Positions 19,480 through 34,511 of a stretch of DNA of 64,000 nt are shown one piece after another. Position 1 is the stretch's first letter, and each line of letters starts with the position of its first letter. Source of the DNA: Blastocystis sp. Blastoise (Eukaryota; Protista; Bigyra: Opalinata). The DNA is taken from the NCBI GenBank assembly GCA_039096225.1, contig JBBPEB010000003.1:372001-436000 (forward strand), read 5' to 3'. The translations under genes were made by a program, and so were the position numbers. The notes under the pieces were generated by a model. It ran no database searches, had not been told where the DNA came from, and saw only the letters and a program-made list of their open reading frames with translations.

Positions 19480-20846
19480 ATGGCGTAAATTATTTGTTGA
19501 AACAACATTCGTTTAATTATTTCTAGACAATTATTAATTAAAAGTGTTAATGATAAGTATGTTCCAGTGGCTGGTGTTCATGAGAAGGATGTAAATATGG
19601 TTTCTGCACCAATCCTTATTGATGAAACACCAATGCAATACACTGCTTGTTCCTATTCGTTAGAAGTGCCTGAGAATATGCGAAATACTTCTGATGTTAT
19701 TATTTATATTAATTTACCGGATTATGGATTTCAATTCTGGGATAATGGGAGGCAAACTTGTCAATTTATACAGTGCTGTAAAAATTTATTCCCACAAACT
19801 GAGCTAGAAAACTCTAAATATAACGTAAGTTTCTATACTATTGTATTTTAGTTGATAACTATTGAATATATTTATATACTCTATAATATATTTGTATCAT
19901 TGTAGGAGTCTCAAATACTTGATGAATATGATAATTATCATATTTCCATAGAATGGGAAATAGTGAGTGATGAATCGATTTCTGAATCTACTTTTCAGTT
20001 AGATGAAGATATTCTTAATTGGTCTGAAAATCTTAATGAAGATCGCATTCATATTTTTGGTAAATGTATGTATTTTTTAAAAAATATTTTTATTATAATA
20101 TATATGTGTATGTTTATTCTTATTATATATGTGTATTTTTATTATAATATATATGTGTATTTTTATTCTTATTATATATATGTGTATTTTTATTATAATA
20201 TATATTATGTTTTTATTAATATATATATATATATATAGTTTCTTTGATGCCAAATCAACGCCATATATATTTTTCATTTAATTATATATGTGAATTATCC
20301 CCTGATAATTTAATTATATTTCCTACTTACCGATATATATCTACTAAAGATATAGATATTACTAATAATAATAGTAATAATAATATAATCAGTTTATCTC
20401 ATCATTGTTTAATATCTATTAACTCCTCTAAATATTATGGTATATATTATTATTATTTTGTTTATTATTCTGTTTATGATTATTATGATTATTATGATTA
20501 TTGTTTATTATTATGTTTATGATTATTATTATTATTATTTTGTTTATTATTCTGTTTATGATTATGATTATTATTATGTATTTTTTATATTATAATTATA
20601 ACTCTATATAAAGGTACAATGAATGCAGGATATACACCTGAAGAATTATATAAGCAGATGAAGACATATCAATCAAGTGGATCTATGTCTTCTATTGTAT
20701 ATCATTCTCTCTCTCTCACATCCCTATATACTTCTTTACCTTCTTATATTAAAACACAAGCTAAAATGTCAATCGATTGTATACGCATGAAAACTATTAA
20801 TTATATTGCTGGGAGGCCAGATTTCTATGTACAAATACAATGTTGA
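19480..20846 (+). CDS. Hypothetical protein (about 5 exons)
   Basis: ATG GC|gt..ag first exon. ORFs 19567, 19963, 20244 and 20619 join through GT-AG introns to a TGA. No family recognised. Confidence 0.7.
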
Positions 20847-21390
20847 CTATCTGATCTATATAAAGACATTTGGACTATATATTATTATACTCTATTTTAT
20901 TATGAAATCCTTATTTCTATTCGATGTTTTTATATATCAGAATATTGGTTTATTCTTTATTCTCTATCGAATTCTATTTCTCGCGTTGGATTTCTTTCTT
21001 TTTAATTATTATATTTCTTTTTGTCTTTTTTTGTCATATGCTAGTTTGTTGCCGTTCTTTAATAAATATATCTATTTATATATGTCAATTTATTTGTATT
21101 TATTTTTCTTTGTATATTGGGGTTTTAAATCTTCTTCACAATTTTTTTTTCCTATCATAATCTTCTTGTTTTGTATCCTAATATTTATCTACTTATCTTA
21201 TATAAAATACTGTCGATTGATTTATGTACTCACTCAAGTAATTAAATTATTAAAAAAGTAAATTCTAATGAAAAATGAACAATAAAATAATAAAAAAATG
21301 AGAAATGAACAATTGAGAATAGAATTTTTTTTTGATAAAAAAGAATTATTATTTTTCTTTAATTGTTATCTCTAAATCTTTCCAAAAACA

Positions 21391-22748
21391 ATGTTGAGTT
21401 CCAGAAGAAGAAACAGAAACATTTCAGAATTATTGCAAAAGAGTATTGAAGACAAAGATTATTATAATGCTCTTCAGTACTATAAAACTCTTCTCTCCAA
21501 GTATTGTTATTGACTTCATGAGTAAATAAACATTATTCTAATTGATATAGATTTATCGTTGGAAAAGAATATGAAAAAGCTGAACAAATGTATGAAGATG
21601 GTATCAAATTATTTTGTCTTAATAATGAGGTTACTTCTGCATATGAATTGGCAAATAATTATCTTCAAATGTTAAAGGATCGTCATGTTGAATTAGACGA
21701 AGATCATGTCAGTCAATTAGTTCGTTTAATTAATTTCTTCCCTCAATCAGATTATAAAGTCCAAATTTCTAAAACCTATGCTATGTATATGTTTATATAA
21801 TAATGAAAAAATCAAAATTAAAAAATATAATAAATTAAATAATGGTCATTATGACATTATGTTTTTTTAGTTGGGCAAGAGAAGTTTCAACTGTTCCTGG
21901 AGGTAACAAAGATTTAAATAAAGAAGCAGGATTAGCATTATGGTCTATCAATTGTAATTTATATATTATTATTATACAAATAATGTTTATATATATATAT
22001 ATATAGTTGCCTATGATGAAGCCAATAATTATTTACTTTATTGTCAGGATTGTGAAATGTATATATTATTATTATTAAATATATGCTATTGTTTATATAT
22101 ATATATATATAGATATGGTGATTTCTTAATTGATTGGTGTGAACAGGGCTATAAAAATGAACAAGATTTATATATAACTAGATCTATCTTAATGTATATA
22201 TATATATATAGTTTATTTTATGTATGTTGTTACTATATATATTATATAGTATTGTTTAATATATTATAAATATAATAATATTAACTCTATTTATATAGTT
22301 TATTAAGTTTGGGTAATATCAAGTTTGCAGGTGAAGTTTATAGATATTTACAGAAGAAGAAACCCATTGATACTCCTCTATCTCATTTCTGTGAATATCT
22401 TCTCTATACTGTAGAAGTATATATATATATATAAATTTCTGATCATATTTATATTTATAATAATATATATAATAATATATATAATAATATATATAATAAT
22501 ATTTATAATAATATATATAGAGAGATGCTTACCCATTATTTAAGTTATTAACTGAAAAATATCAAAAAGGACTGAATAGAGATCCTTCCTTCTCTTCTGT
22601 ATATATATATCATTCTTATTGTTAAAATTATATATATATATATATATTTATATAGTTATTGGGTCAAATAGCAAAGCGTTATTATAATATTCAACCGATC
22701 TCCAATAATCCATTCCAAGATATGTTTAAAATGTTTATGAAACAATAA
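21391..22748 (+). CDS. GET4: Golgi-to-ER traffic protein 4 (GET4/TRC35)
   Basis: DYYNALQYYKTL, VTSAYELA, EQDLYITRSILILLSLGN, DTPLSHFCEYLLYTVERDAYPLFKLLTEKYQKGLNRDPSF, NPFQDMFKMF. Confidence 0.88.
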
Positions 22749-23281
22749 GTATATTCATATTATTATTATATATATATTGAATCGATTCGACATTATACTA
22801 TTCTCGAGTTATATACTTGGTTTTAAAAAACATATTCTATTATACAAATTATTAATAAAAAATAAAATAATTTTTTGTATATATACATTATAATTGAGAG
22901 AAATAGATAATAATAAATAGTTGACTATATATACATATAACGAAACACATGGATAGAAGACAATAGAATTGATGTCAAACAAGGACACAAAGACAAGAAC
23001 AAATAAAAGTTGACAATAGAATCAAATAATAACAAAATAAACAAGTGTGACAGAAAATAAATAAAAAAAAATAATGATATTAATAAACTAAAAAAAAAAA
23101 AAAAGAAAATTCTAAAAAGAATAAATGTATTCATATAATGATTATATATACATATTAGTAACAAAAGAAAATATACATATTAATAAATAAACATATATAT
23201 ATAGACAAACAAAAGATATATATAAGTATATAAATAAAAAAAGATAAGCAAAAGATTATATATATATATATGTATATATAA

Positions 23282-25771
<2,490 letters not shown>

Positions 25772-26525
25772 GACTTTACAAACTTGCTATTCAGAAGGAT
25801 AAACGATTCACAGTTTCGGTTGGAGAGCTAATAAAGTAATTATACAAAATCAAAACTGTTCATTTTTTTCTGATGGAATATTCATGATTATTTCTAATTT
25901 TTCTCCACCATTCTTTTTCTAAAACAGATAAACTGACAAAATTTCCACCACAAAGAATACTGTTGCACTCTAAGTATAGAAATATTATATTTGTTTTTCT
26001 TGTTATCATATGAGATTCAAACTATAATGAAAGTATTTTGTGTATATTAAATGGAACAAATCACTCATTTTATTTTTTCACTTTTTTACATTGTATATAA
26101 CCCATTCTTATTACAATCCGTGGAGATTTGTGAAAGGTAAAAGGAAATGAAGAATCTAAGAACGGCCTTTAAATCAAATATATATCACTCAATTTATTTA
26201 AGTAAGAAACTGGTGAAGGATATAGCTTTTAGTGTGCAGTTTCTTGTATTTCTTTTCCTGTCGACAAGAATTCAGTGTAATAACAATTAAAGATATATGA
26301 AAAAATAGAAGATGTTTGTTTCAAATGATTTTAATAATATTTGCTATTTTACCTTTTCATATGTCTTGAAGATATACAACACATAAAGTCACAAATACAG
26401 TTAAAACATATTAAAAACAAAAATAAAAATAGTAAATTAGTAGAAGAATAAGAAAGAGAAAAGAAAAACAAAATAAAAAAAAGAAAAAGTTTATATGAAT
26501 AAAATATGGATTCTGTTTATTATTT

Positions 26526-27515
26526 TTAAATAGATGCAGTAGTGGCAGGTTTTCCTGTATTAGTACTAAATGAGAAACCAGTAGTAGCAGCAGTAGAAGG
26601 AGTTGTAGTAGTAGCATTAGTAGTATTAGTACCAAATGAGAAACCAGTAGTAGCAGCAGTAGAAGGAGTTGTAGTAGTAGCATTAGTAGTATTAGTACCA
26701 AATGAGAAACCAGTAGTAGCAGCAGGAGTTGTGGTAGTAGAACCAGTAGAAGGAGTTGTAGTACTATTAGTATTAGTATTAGTACCAAATGAGAAGCCAG
26801 TAGTAGCAGCAGGAGTTGTAGTAGTAGCATTAGTAGTATTAGTACCAAATGAGAAGCCAGTACTAGTAGTAGTAGAAGGAGTTGTAGTGGTATTATTATT
26901 AGTATTAGTACCAAATGAGAAGCCAGTAGTAGCAGCAGGAGTTGTGGTAGTAGTACCAGTAGAAGGAGTTGTAGTACTATTAGTATTAGTACCAAATGAG
27001 AAGCCAGTAGTAGCAGCAGGAGTTGTGGTAGTAGTACCAGTAGAAGGAGTTGTAGTACTATTAGTATTAGTACCAAATGAGAAGCCAGTTGTAGAAGGAG
27101 TTGTAGTAGTAGTACCAGTGGTAGTATTCTTATTAGTACCAAATGAGAAGCCAGTAGTAGCAGCAGGAGTTGTAGTATTAGTACCAAATGAGAAACCAGC
27201 AGTAGAAGGAGTAGTAGTAGAACCAGCGGTATTCTTATTAGTACCAAATGAGAAGCCAGTACCAGTAGTAGTAGAACCAGTTGTAATGGTATTATTATTA
27301 GTATTATTATTACCGAATGAGAATCCAGTTGTAGAAGTAGTTGTAGTAGTAGTATTAGTACCAGTGGTAGTATTATTATTATTATTAGTTACTCTTAGTT
27401 CTTCAATAGGTGCTTGTATCTTTCGTTTAAGTGATTTGGAATTGAAAGGGTTGGACTCATAGAGAGGGTCATATACCATATTACGTTTACCGGGGACTAG
27501 AGAAATAAGAGGCAT

Positions 27516-27550
<35 letters not shown>

Positions 27551-27879
27551 ATAATAATAATAGAAAGAAATAAATCAATGAATATAAATACGTGTATAGA
27601 CAGGAGCATCTTTTGCAATTCGTTCATTTCGAAGACGAATATATTTCTTCTTTAATTCAGATAATTGATTATTTGTTTTGTATAATTTACCTGCTATCTT
27701 CATAGAAATAGTATAATGATTTTTCATTGTTTGTTTAACAAGGTATCCCATATGTTCTAAATAAGATCTATATATATATATATATATATATTATAAACTT
27801 ATAGATTATAATAGTTATTTATATACTTTGTAATAGGTTTCTTGGAACTATCACGTTGATAAGCTAAACTAGATCTTAC

Positions 27880-27921
<42 letters not shown>

Positions 27922-29228
27922 TATACAGTCTTCAATTCGTTTAAATACTCCTTGATATTGTTTAGTCATATTTCTCATATGTATATGTAAATATTGAGAG
28001 GCATCAGCATGTATACTACTAAAGGGAGTCTGACTGTTAGCTTCAACTCTATATATACATTTATAACACATATTATAATATATATAATAATAATAATAAT
28101 AATATATATACGGTTTGATTCGTTCTACTTGTGAATACTGAATAGTTGACTTTTTATATAATAAACAAGTCTTACGATGATCTAATAATTGGTCATTCTC
28201 GGAACGAAGGATGGACTATATATATATATATATATATTTAATGTAATAATAATAAATATAAAAAAAACATAATAATAATAAACATAATAAACATAATAAT
28301 AATAAACATAATAAACATAATAATAATAAACATAATAATAAGCAATATAATAATAATAATACCTTTTGAACCTGACTCTTCGTGGAGATTAATTCATTAA
28401 ACTGATTGTCTTTAATGTTCTTTATAAGAGTTACATATTGTCTTTGATTAGCTAACATAGTTCTATATATAATAATGAATATAAATATAATAAATATAAA
28501 TATAATATATACTGTATATTAGCCATATATAGTTGTAAATCTTGAGGAATATCTTTAAAATTCATATTAAGAGCTTCTTTATTAATGACAATACTAACAT
28601 TTCCTTGATTATTTTCAATTTTTTGATTATTACCAAATACATTACGAGGTGCAAATTGACTTGAACTAGTATTTGAATTAATAGAATAAGTTGGATTACT
28701 TAAAGGAAAACAAGAACTACCTTTAAATTGACTAACGTTTATACCATTCAAAGTATTTGATGGATTTGTTGAAAAACCAGACGTATTCTGACCAAAGGTG
28801 CTTCCATTACCAAATCCAGTTGTTGTAGAAGCAGGTTTTCCAAATGTATTATTCGTACCAAATCCAGTTGTATTAGTAGAAGGCTGACCAAAGGCATTTC
28901 CATTACCAAATCCAGTTGTAGCAGGTTTATTTTGACCAAATGCATTTCCATTACCAAATCCAGTTGTAGTAGAAGCAGGTTGACCAAATGCATTTCCATT
29001 ACCAAATCCAGTTGTAGTAGAAGCAGGTTTTCCAAATGTGTTGGTATTTCCAAAAGCACTAGTATTGGATCCAAATGAGGGAGTCGTTGAAGATGTTAAA
29101 CCGAAACCAGTTGTAGCAGGTTGACCAAAAGACGGAGCCGTAGTAGATGGTGTTCCAAAACCACCTGTATTTGAGGGGAATGAAGTATCATTTCTTTTCT
29201 GACCAAAACTTAAGGTATTAAAACTCAT
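26526..29228 (-). CDS. FG-repeat nucleoporin, Nup58/Nup49-like
   Basis: N-terminal GFG/AFG repeats, central helical region (FKDIPQDLQ..IAGKLYKTNNQLSELKKKYIRLR), and C-terminal GFSFGT repeats. Confidence 0.82.
26560..27370 (-). repeat. Coding tandem repeat of GFSFGT + Thr-rich spacer (about 12 units)
   Basis: Repeated ACCAAATGAGAARCCAG units on the plus strand. Confidence 0.95.
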
Positions 29229-29483
29229 ATCTACTTTTTATTACTTGAAATAGTAGACTAGAAAAAGTGTTTTTTTTTTAAATGAATCAGTTCTTTCCCA
29301 TTTCTCGAAATCCCTGGTAATATTTTATAAAAAATGCCTGTAATTTGAAAATAATCGGGAAACGTATTTTTTTCTTTTTAGATAAACCATATATTATTTC
29401 TTATTATACTCTATAGTTAAGTCTTACTGTATTTTGATTTTTCTTCTATTTATTAATAAATATCATATACAGGGTAATTAAGA

Positions 29484-30592
29484 ATGGCGAATCAACAAAA
29501 CGGTATGAAAATAGACTATCATTAATTATTTGTATATATCTTTCTAGAAAAAATTGATGAACATGTTCAAGAAGAAGATGAGAATAGTATATAACTATTT
29601 TTAATATTGATAGTCTCTTTATTTATTTTGTTTTTTTAGATCTCGAAGGTATGTGTTCATTGTATGTTTTAATTATTGATAGAAGATGAAGAAGTAGATG
29701 ATTTACCAATGGAATTTAACGAAGATGGTATTTCTATTTTATTCGTGTGCTAATTTTATTTTTTTTAGAGTATGATATAGTAGATGCTGATGAACTTATC
29801 AATAAATTAGAAACTCTTGAAGATGGAGGTATTCATTTATTTATTAGCTCTATTTTTTTATCATTCATTGATTTCATTTTTTTTTTTTTAGAAGAAACAA
29901 CATTAACTGCTGAAGAAGCTAATCAAGAAGGATTAGTCAATGAATCACTTGCTGTATTTAGTTATAATTTAAATTATACTATTTATTTTTTATTAATATT
30001 TTAAAATATTTTGTATATATATATGTATATATATATAGGTATTTAGTGGACATACTGATTCTGTACTTGCTGTTGCATTTAATAAACAAAACTGGCCACA
30101 AGTATATATATATATATATATATAATAATTATTGTATGATTATAATTCTTTTTTAATATTATTATATATATATATATATACAAGTGGCTACAGGTGGTGT
30201 GGATGACAAGTGTTTTTTGTTTAATATAAAGGAGAATGGTATAGAAGAGGAAGGAGAAGGAGTAGATAAAGAAGAAGATGAAGAGCAAGTTGAAGAACCC
30301 GCGGATTTATATACTTTACAAGGATTTAATGTATGTAGAGTTTATATTATTATAGTTTATATTATTATAGTTTATATTATTATAGTTTATATTATTATAG
30401 ATTATATTAGTATATTATTATATTATTATATTATTGTAGTTTATATTATTATAGTTTATATTATTATATTATATATTACTTTAGACTATATTATTATAAC
30501 TATACTATGTTATATAAATGACTCTATTGTTGATGTTGCTTTCTCCGCTAGTGGCAAATTTTTGGCGGTAGCTTCTTATGATGGGGAAGTTA

Positions 30593-30679
<87 letters not shown>

Positions 30680-31184
30680 TATATAATACAAGTGGTAAAT
30701 TACTTTTAACTCTCTCTGGACCTACTGATGTTGAATATATTACATGGCATCCTAAAGGTGAAATATTGACTGCTGGTGGTGGTGATGGTACTATATATGT
30801 CTGGGGTATACCTAGTGGTACTATTATTAATGTTCTTGCTGGACATGTTGATGCTGTTACTTGCGGTGCATTTAACTATAAAGGAAATGTATATATATAT
30901 ATACTATATATAACTATATATATATATATAACTATATATATATAACTATATATATATACTGTATATATATAACTATATATAACTATATATATATAACTAT
31001 ATATATAGATCTATGTGAGTGGTAGCATGGACGGATCCGTGAAAGTCTGGAAGATCAAAACAGGGGAATGTCTATATACATTTAAACCTGATACATATAT
31101 ATATATATATATAGAGTTATATACATATATATATATATAGATATAATTGGCATGAAGATGGAATTGTATCTTTAGCTATTAATC

Positions 31185-31269
<85 letters not shown>

Positions 31270-31589
31270 TCCTGTATTAATATCTGGATCACGTGACGGT
31301 ACTGTCTGTATTTCAAATCTTAAATCTTATAAGGTTATTGTTAAATATAATCATATAAAACCAGATGTCAATTGTTCTGTTGAAACGTATATAACTATAT
31401 ATATATATATAACTATATATATATAACTATATATATAGTTATATATAACACTATATATATATATAGATGTGGTTTCTGCTCTGTATGCAATTGGGTTGCT
31501 AGTGGGGGCATGGACGGAACTCTAAAGATCTATGATATAGAAACATCTAAAGTATATATCTATATATATATATATATCTATTGATTATA

Positions 31590-31645
<56 letters not shown>

Positions 31646-31707
31646 ATTACGTCTGACCTTGGAACACGATGGCGGAATCACTAAACTCATTTGGCATCCT
31701 TTTAGTC

Positions 31708-31745
<38 letters not shown>

Positions 31746-32039
31746 TTCTAAAGCAATATTATACTCTATATATATATAGATTATCTTTGTAGCTTGCTTA
31801 GATGGATGTATATATGTCTGGGACGCGAGAACTGGAGAAAAACTCAAACAAATTAGAGCTCATAATGTATATATATATATATATATATATAAATTAGATT
31901 TCTCTAAATCTTTTCCATTTATATATATATATAGGATATAATATTAGATATGGATATATATGTTCCTCCTACTGATTTAAAAACTACATATATACTTACA
32001 GGATCAGATGATAAAACATGTCAATTATTCTCTGCTTAA
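29484..32039 (+). CDS. WD40 ribosome-assembly chaperone SQT1/AAMP-like
   Basis: Acidic N-terminus, then FSGHTDSVLAVAF, VATGGVDDK, DSIVDVAFSASGKFLAVASYDG, LSGPTDVEYITWHPKG, GHVDAVTCGAF, ASGGMDG, ACLDG..WDARTGE, TGSDDK. Several splice junctions are non-canonical (see findings). Confidence 0.85.
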
Positions 32040-32705
32040 TATATATATATATACATGTAATAATTCTTATTAATATATATATATAAATTGTTTTATATTT
32101 TTGATTTATATTTATCTTATTCATATATATATATATATGATTTATAATTGTTTTGATTGTTCTTTTTGTCTATATAAATGTTCATATATATTCTTATTGT
32201 TTTGTTAATATAAATAAAATCCAAAATATCGAAATTGAATATATATAAGTATTATTGTTTTCAGTAACAAAAGGTTGTGAATCTATATATTCCATTCTTA
32301 TTCTGTTTAATGTTATATTCTATATATATTCTAAAATATGTCTTTGTTAACCGAAAAAAGTTATATATTTCTGTTTTATGGAAATCTTTTATTAATATTC
32401 ATTATTAAGAAATAATATTATTTTTATATGGTTTATAAATGATATATTTATATATAAAAATATTGATTACTGTTTTCTCTATGTGTTAAACAATAATTTT
32501 CTCTATATTACTTGATAATAAATAATAATAACAGTAACTAGAACTATGGATGAAAAAAACATGAATAGTATATATATTTATTATTAAGAATAATAAAAGA
32601 AAAACAGAAAAAAGTGAAAAATGTGAAAATAAAAACAAGTTTTTATTATTATAAAAAAGAATAGATACATGATGAATAATCTAAATATAGTAAATAGACT
32701 AAACC

Positions 32706-33133
32706 CTACATATTAATATCTTGAAGAGGAAGCAGAAAGAAGTCTGTATATAAATTATTAGTATCATCTCCTATCATATGCTGTATACACATCATTCCTT
32801 CTTGATTGATACGTATATAACTACGAAGGGAAATAGACAAGGTATTCATACAACGAAGGAAAAACTCACGGTTATATCTATATATAGAAATAATAAGTAT
32901 AATCATTTTATATATAGGATAATATTGATAACTATATGTATAATAATAATAATATATATATAGGATAATATTGATAACTATATGTATAATAATAATAATA
33001 TATATATAGGATAATATTGATAACTATATGTATAATATAATACTATATATATATATATACCTATAAATATGATCATTCTCAGAAGAATAGGAAATAATAC
33101 CGGAATTATCGCTTTTAAAGAATATAGTACATC

Positions 33134-33182
<49 letters not shown>

Positions 33183-34259
33183 TAGAACTAATAACAAATA
33201 AAAAATAAATAAAAGAATAAAAAAAATAAAATAAAACATATTCATAATAAATATTGAATAAATGACAAAATAGAATAATAAAAAAACATATAATATATAA
33301 AATAGAATCTATAAATATACTTTGCAAATAATGAATCATCTGAAAGTATATTCAGCCCATTTTCAGTGAACTGAATACCTATAGATTTCCCGTCTTTAAT
33401 TCGATATATATCTGACACTCCACAATCTAAAGTAGAGGATTCTAATATACATTTATTATTCTATATATATATATATATATATATATTAATAAAATAAAAT
33501 AAAATAAAATAAAATAAAATAAAATAAAATAAAATAAAATAAAATAAAATAAAATAAAATAAAATAAAATAAAATAAAATAAAATAAAATAAAATAAAAA
33601 ATAAATTATAATACTTAATAAATGAATAAAATTATATAAAAAAAAATAAAAACCCTCACTCCAACTATATTTAACAATCGTAATAATATAACAATTATAT
33701 TATATATATACTGCAGTTGTGCTATTGAAAATAGATGGAAAATCGATATCTATATTCGTTCCCATCATAGTTTTTATATTACATAAACTAGTAATGCCGC
33801 TTTCATCTAACTTTAATTGAACCAAGCCTTCAGAAGATGAATAAATAAGAGTTAATTTTGTATTTGCAGATTTTTCATTTCCATAAATAGATAAACATTG
33901 AATAAATTCCATATAAGAAACAGTAATAGAATCAGATTGACCCTCAAAAATGAATTCCAAGAACTTTTCCTTAGCAAAATGAGCATTTACTTGTAGTGTT
34001 TTTGATCGATCAATTACTGTGAAGAACAAACCTATTGAAATCAATTAATATAAGGCACTAATGATACTATAACAAACAATAAAAACAAACCTGAATTAGA
34101 AAATTCGCATGAAAGTTGTTCATTCTTATCTCCTTTTGACCTATATAATAGTTTATATTCTATTTATCAGAAATAAAAAAGATACATTGTATTTAAAACT
34201 CTTAACATTGGTTGAACTGAGTCGATTGATAGAGAACAATAAGTTGTTTGCTCCGCCAT
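32706..34259 (-). CDS. RAD1: 9-1-1 checkpoint clamp subunit RAD1 (Rad1/Rec1/Rad17 family)
   Basis: GLFFTVIDRSKTLQVNAHFAKEKFLEF, FIQCLSIYG, LDESGITSLCNIKT, YRY..LSISLRSYIRINQEGMMCIQHMI..YTDFFLLP. Confidence 0.88.
33490..33600. repeat. (AAAAT)n array in a RAD1 intron
   Basis: About 22 perfect pentamer units. Confidence 0.95.
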
Positions 34260-34511
34260 TATAATGAAAATCGGTAGTAAATAACTTTATGAATTCCTTT
34301 TGATATATTCAATGAGAAATAGCAAAAGTAAATAAAACACAGTTTCTTAGGAAAACCCGCTAAAAATAAATTTCTGGGATATTCAACATAAATTGGGTAG
34401 AAAACAGAATAAACCGTGGACATCGTTTATATCCGGTTTTTTATTTTGATTTGTATTTATAAAGAATATCTTACTGATTTGAATCATTATTTCTTATCAT
34501 CGTTGTTCATT

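Noticed and set aside
26560-27370. Repeat-spacer-like pattern resembling a CRISPR array
   Set aside because: The spacers are related in-frame Thr-rich sequence of an FG nucleoporin, the context is eukaryotic, and there are no cas genes.
26411-27462. Long ORFs 26542-27462 (+) and 26411-27247 (-) overlapping the nucleoporin
   Set aside because: Antisense and alternative-frame shadows of the Thr/FG tandem repeat, with no independent coding signal.
27498-27591. Apparent missing AG acceptors in the nucleoporin gene and at ~25000 in the winged-helix gene
   Set aside because: In-frame canonical acceptors exist slightly downstream (TCTCTAG|TCCCC and CTCTAG|CCTCT).
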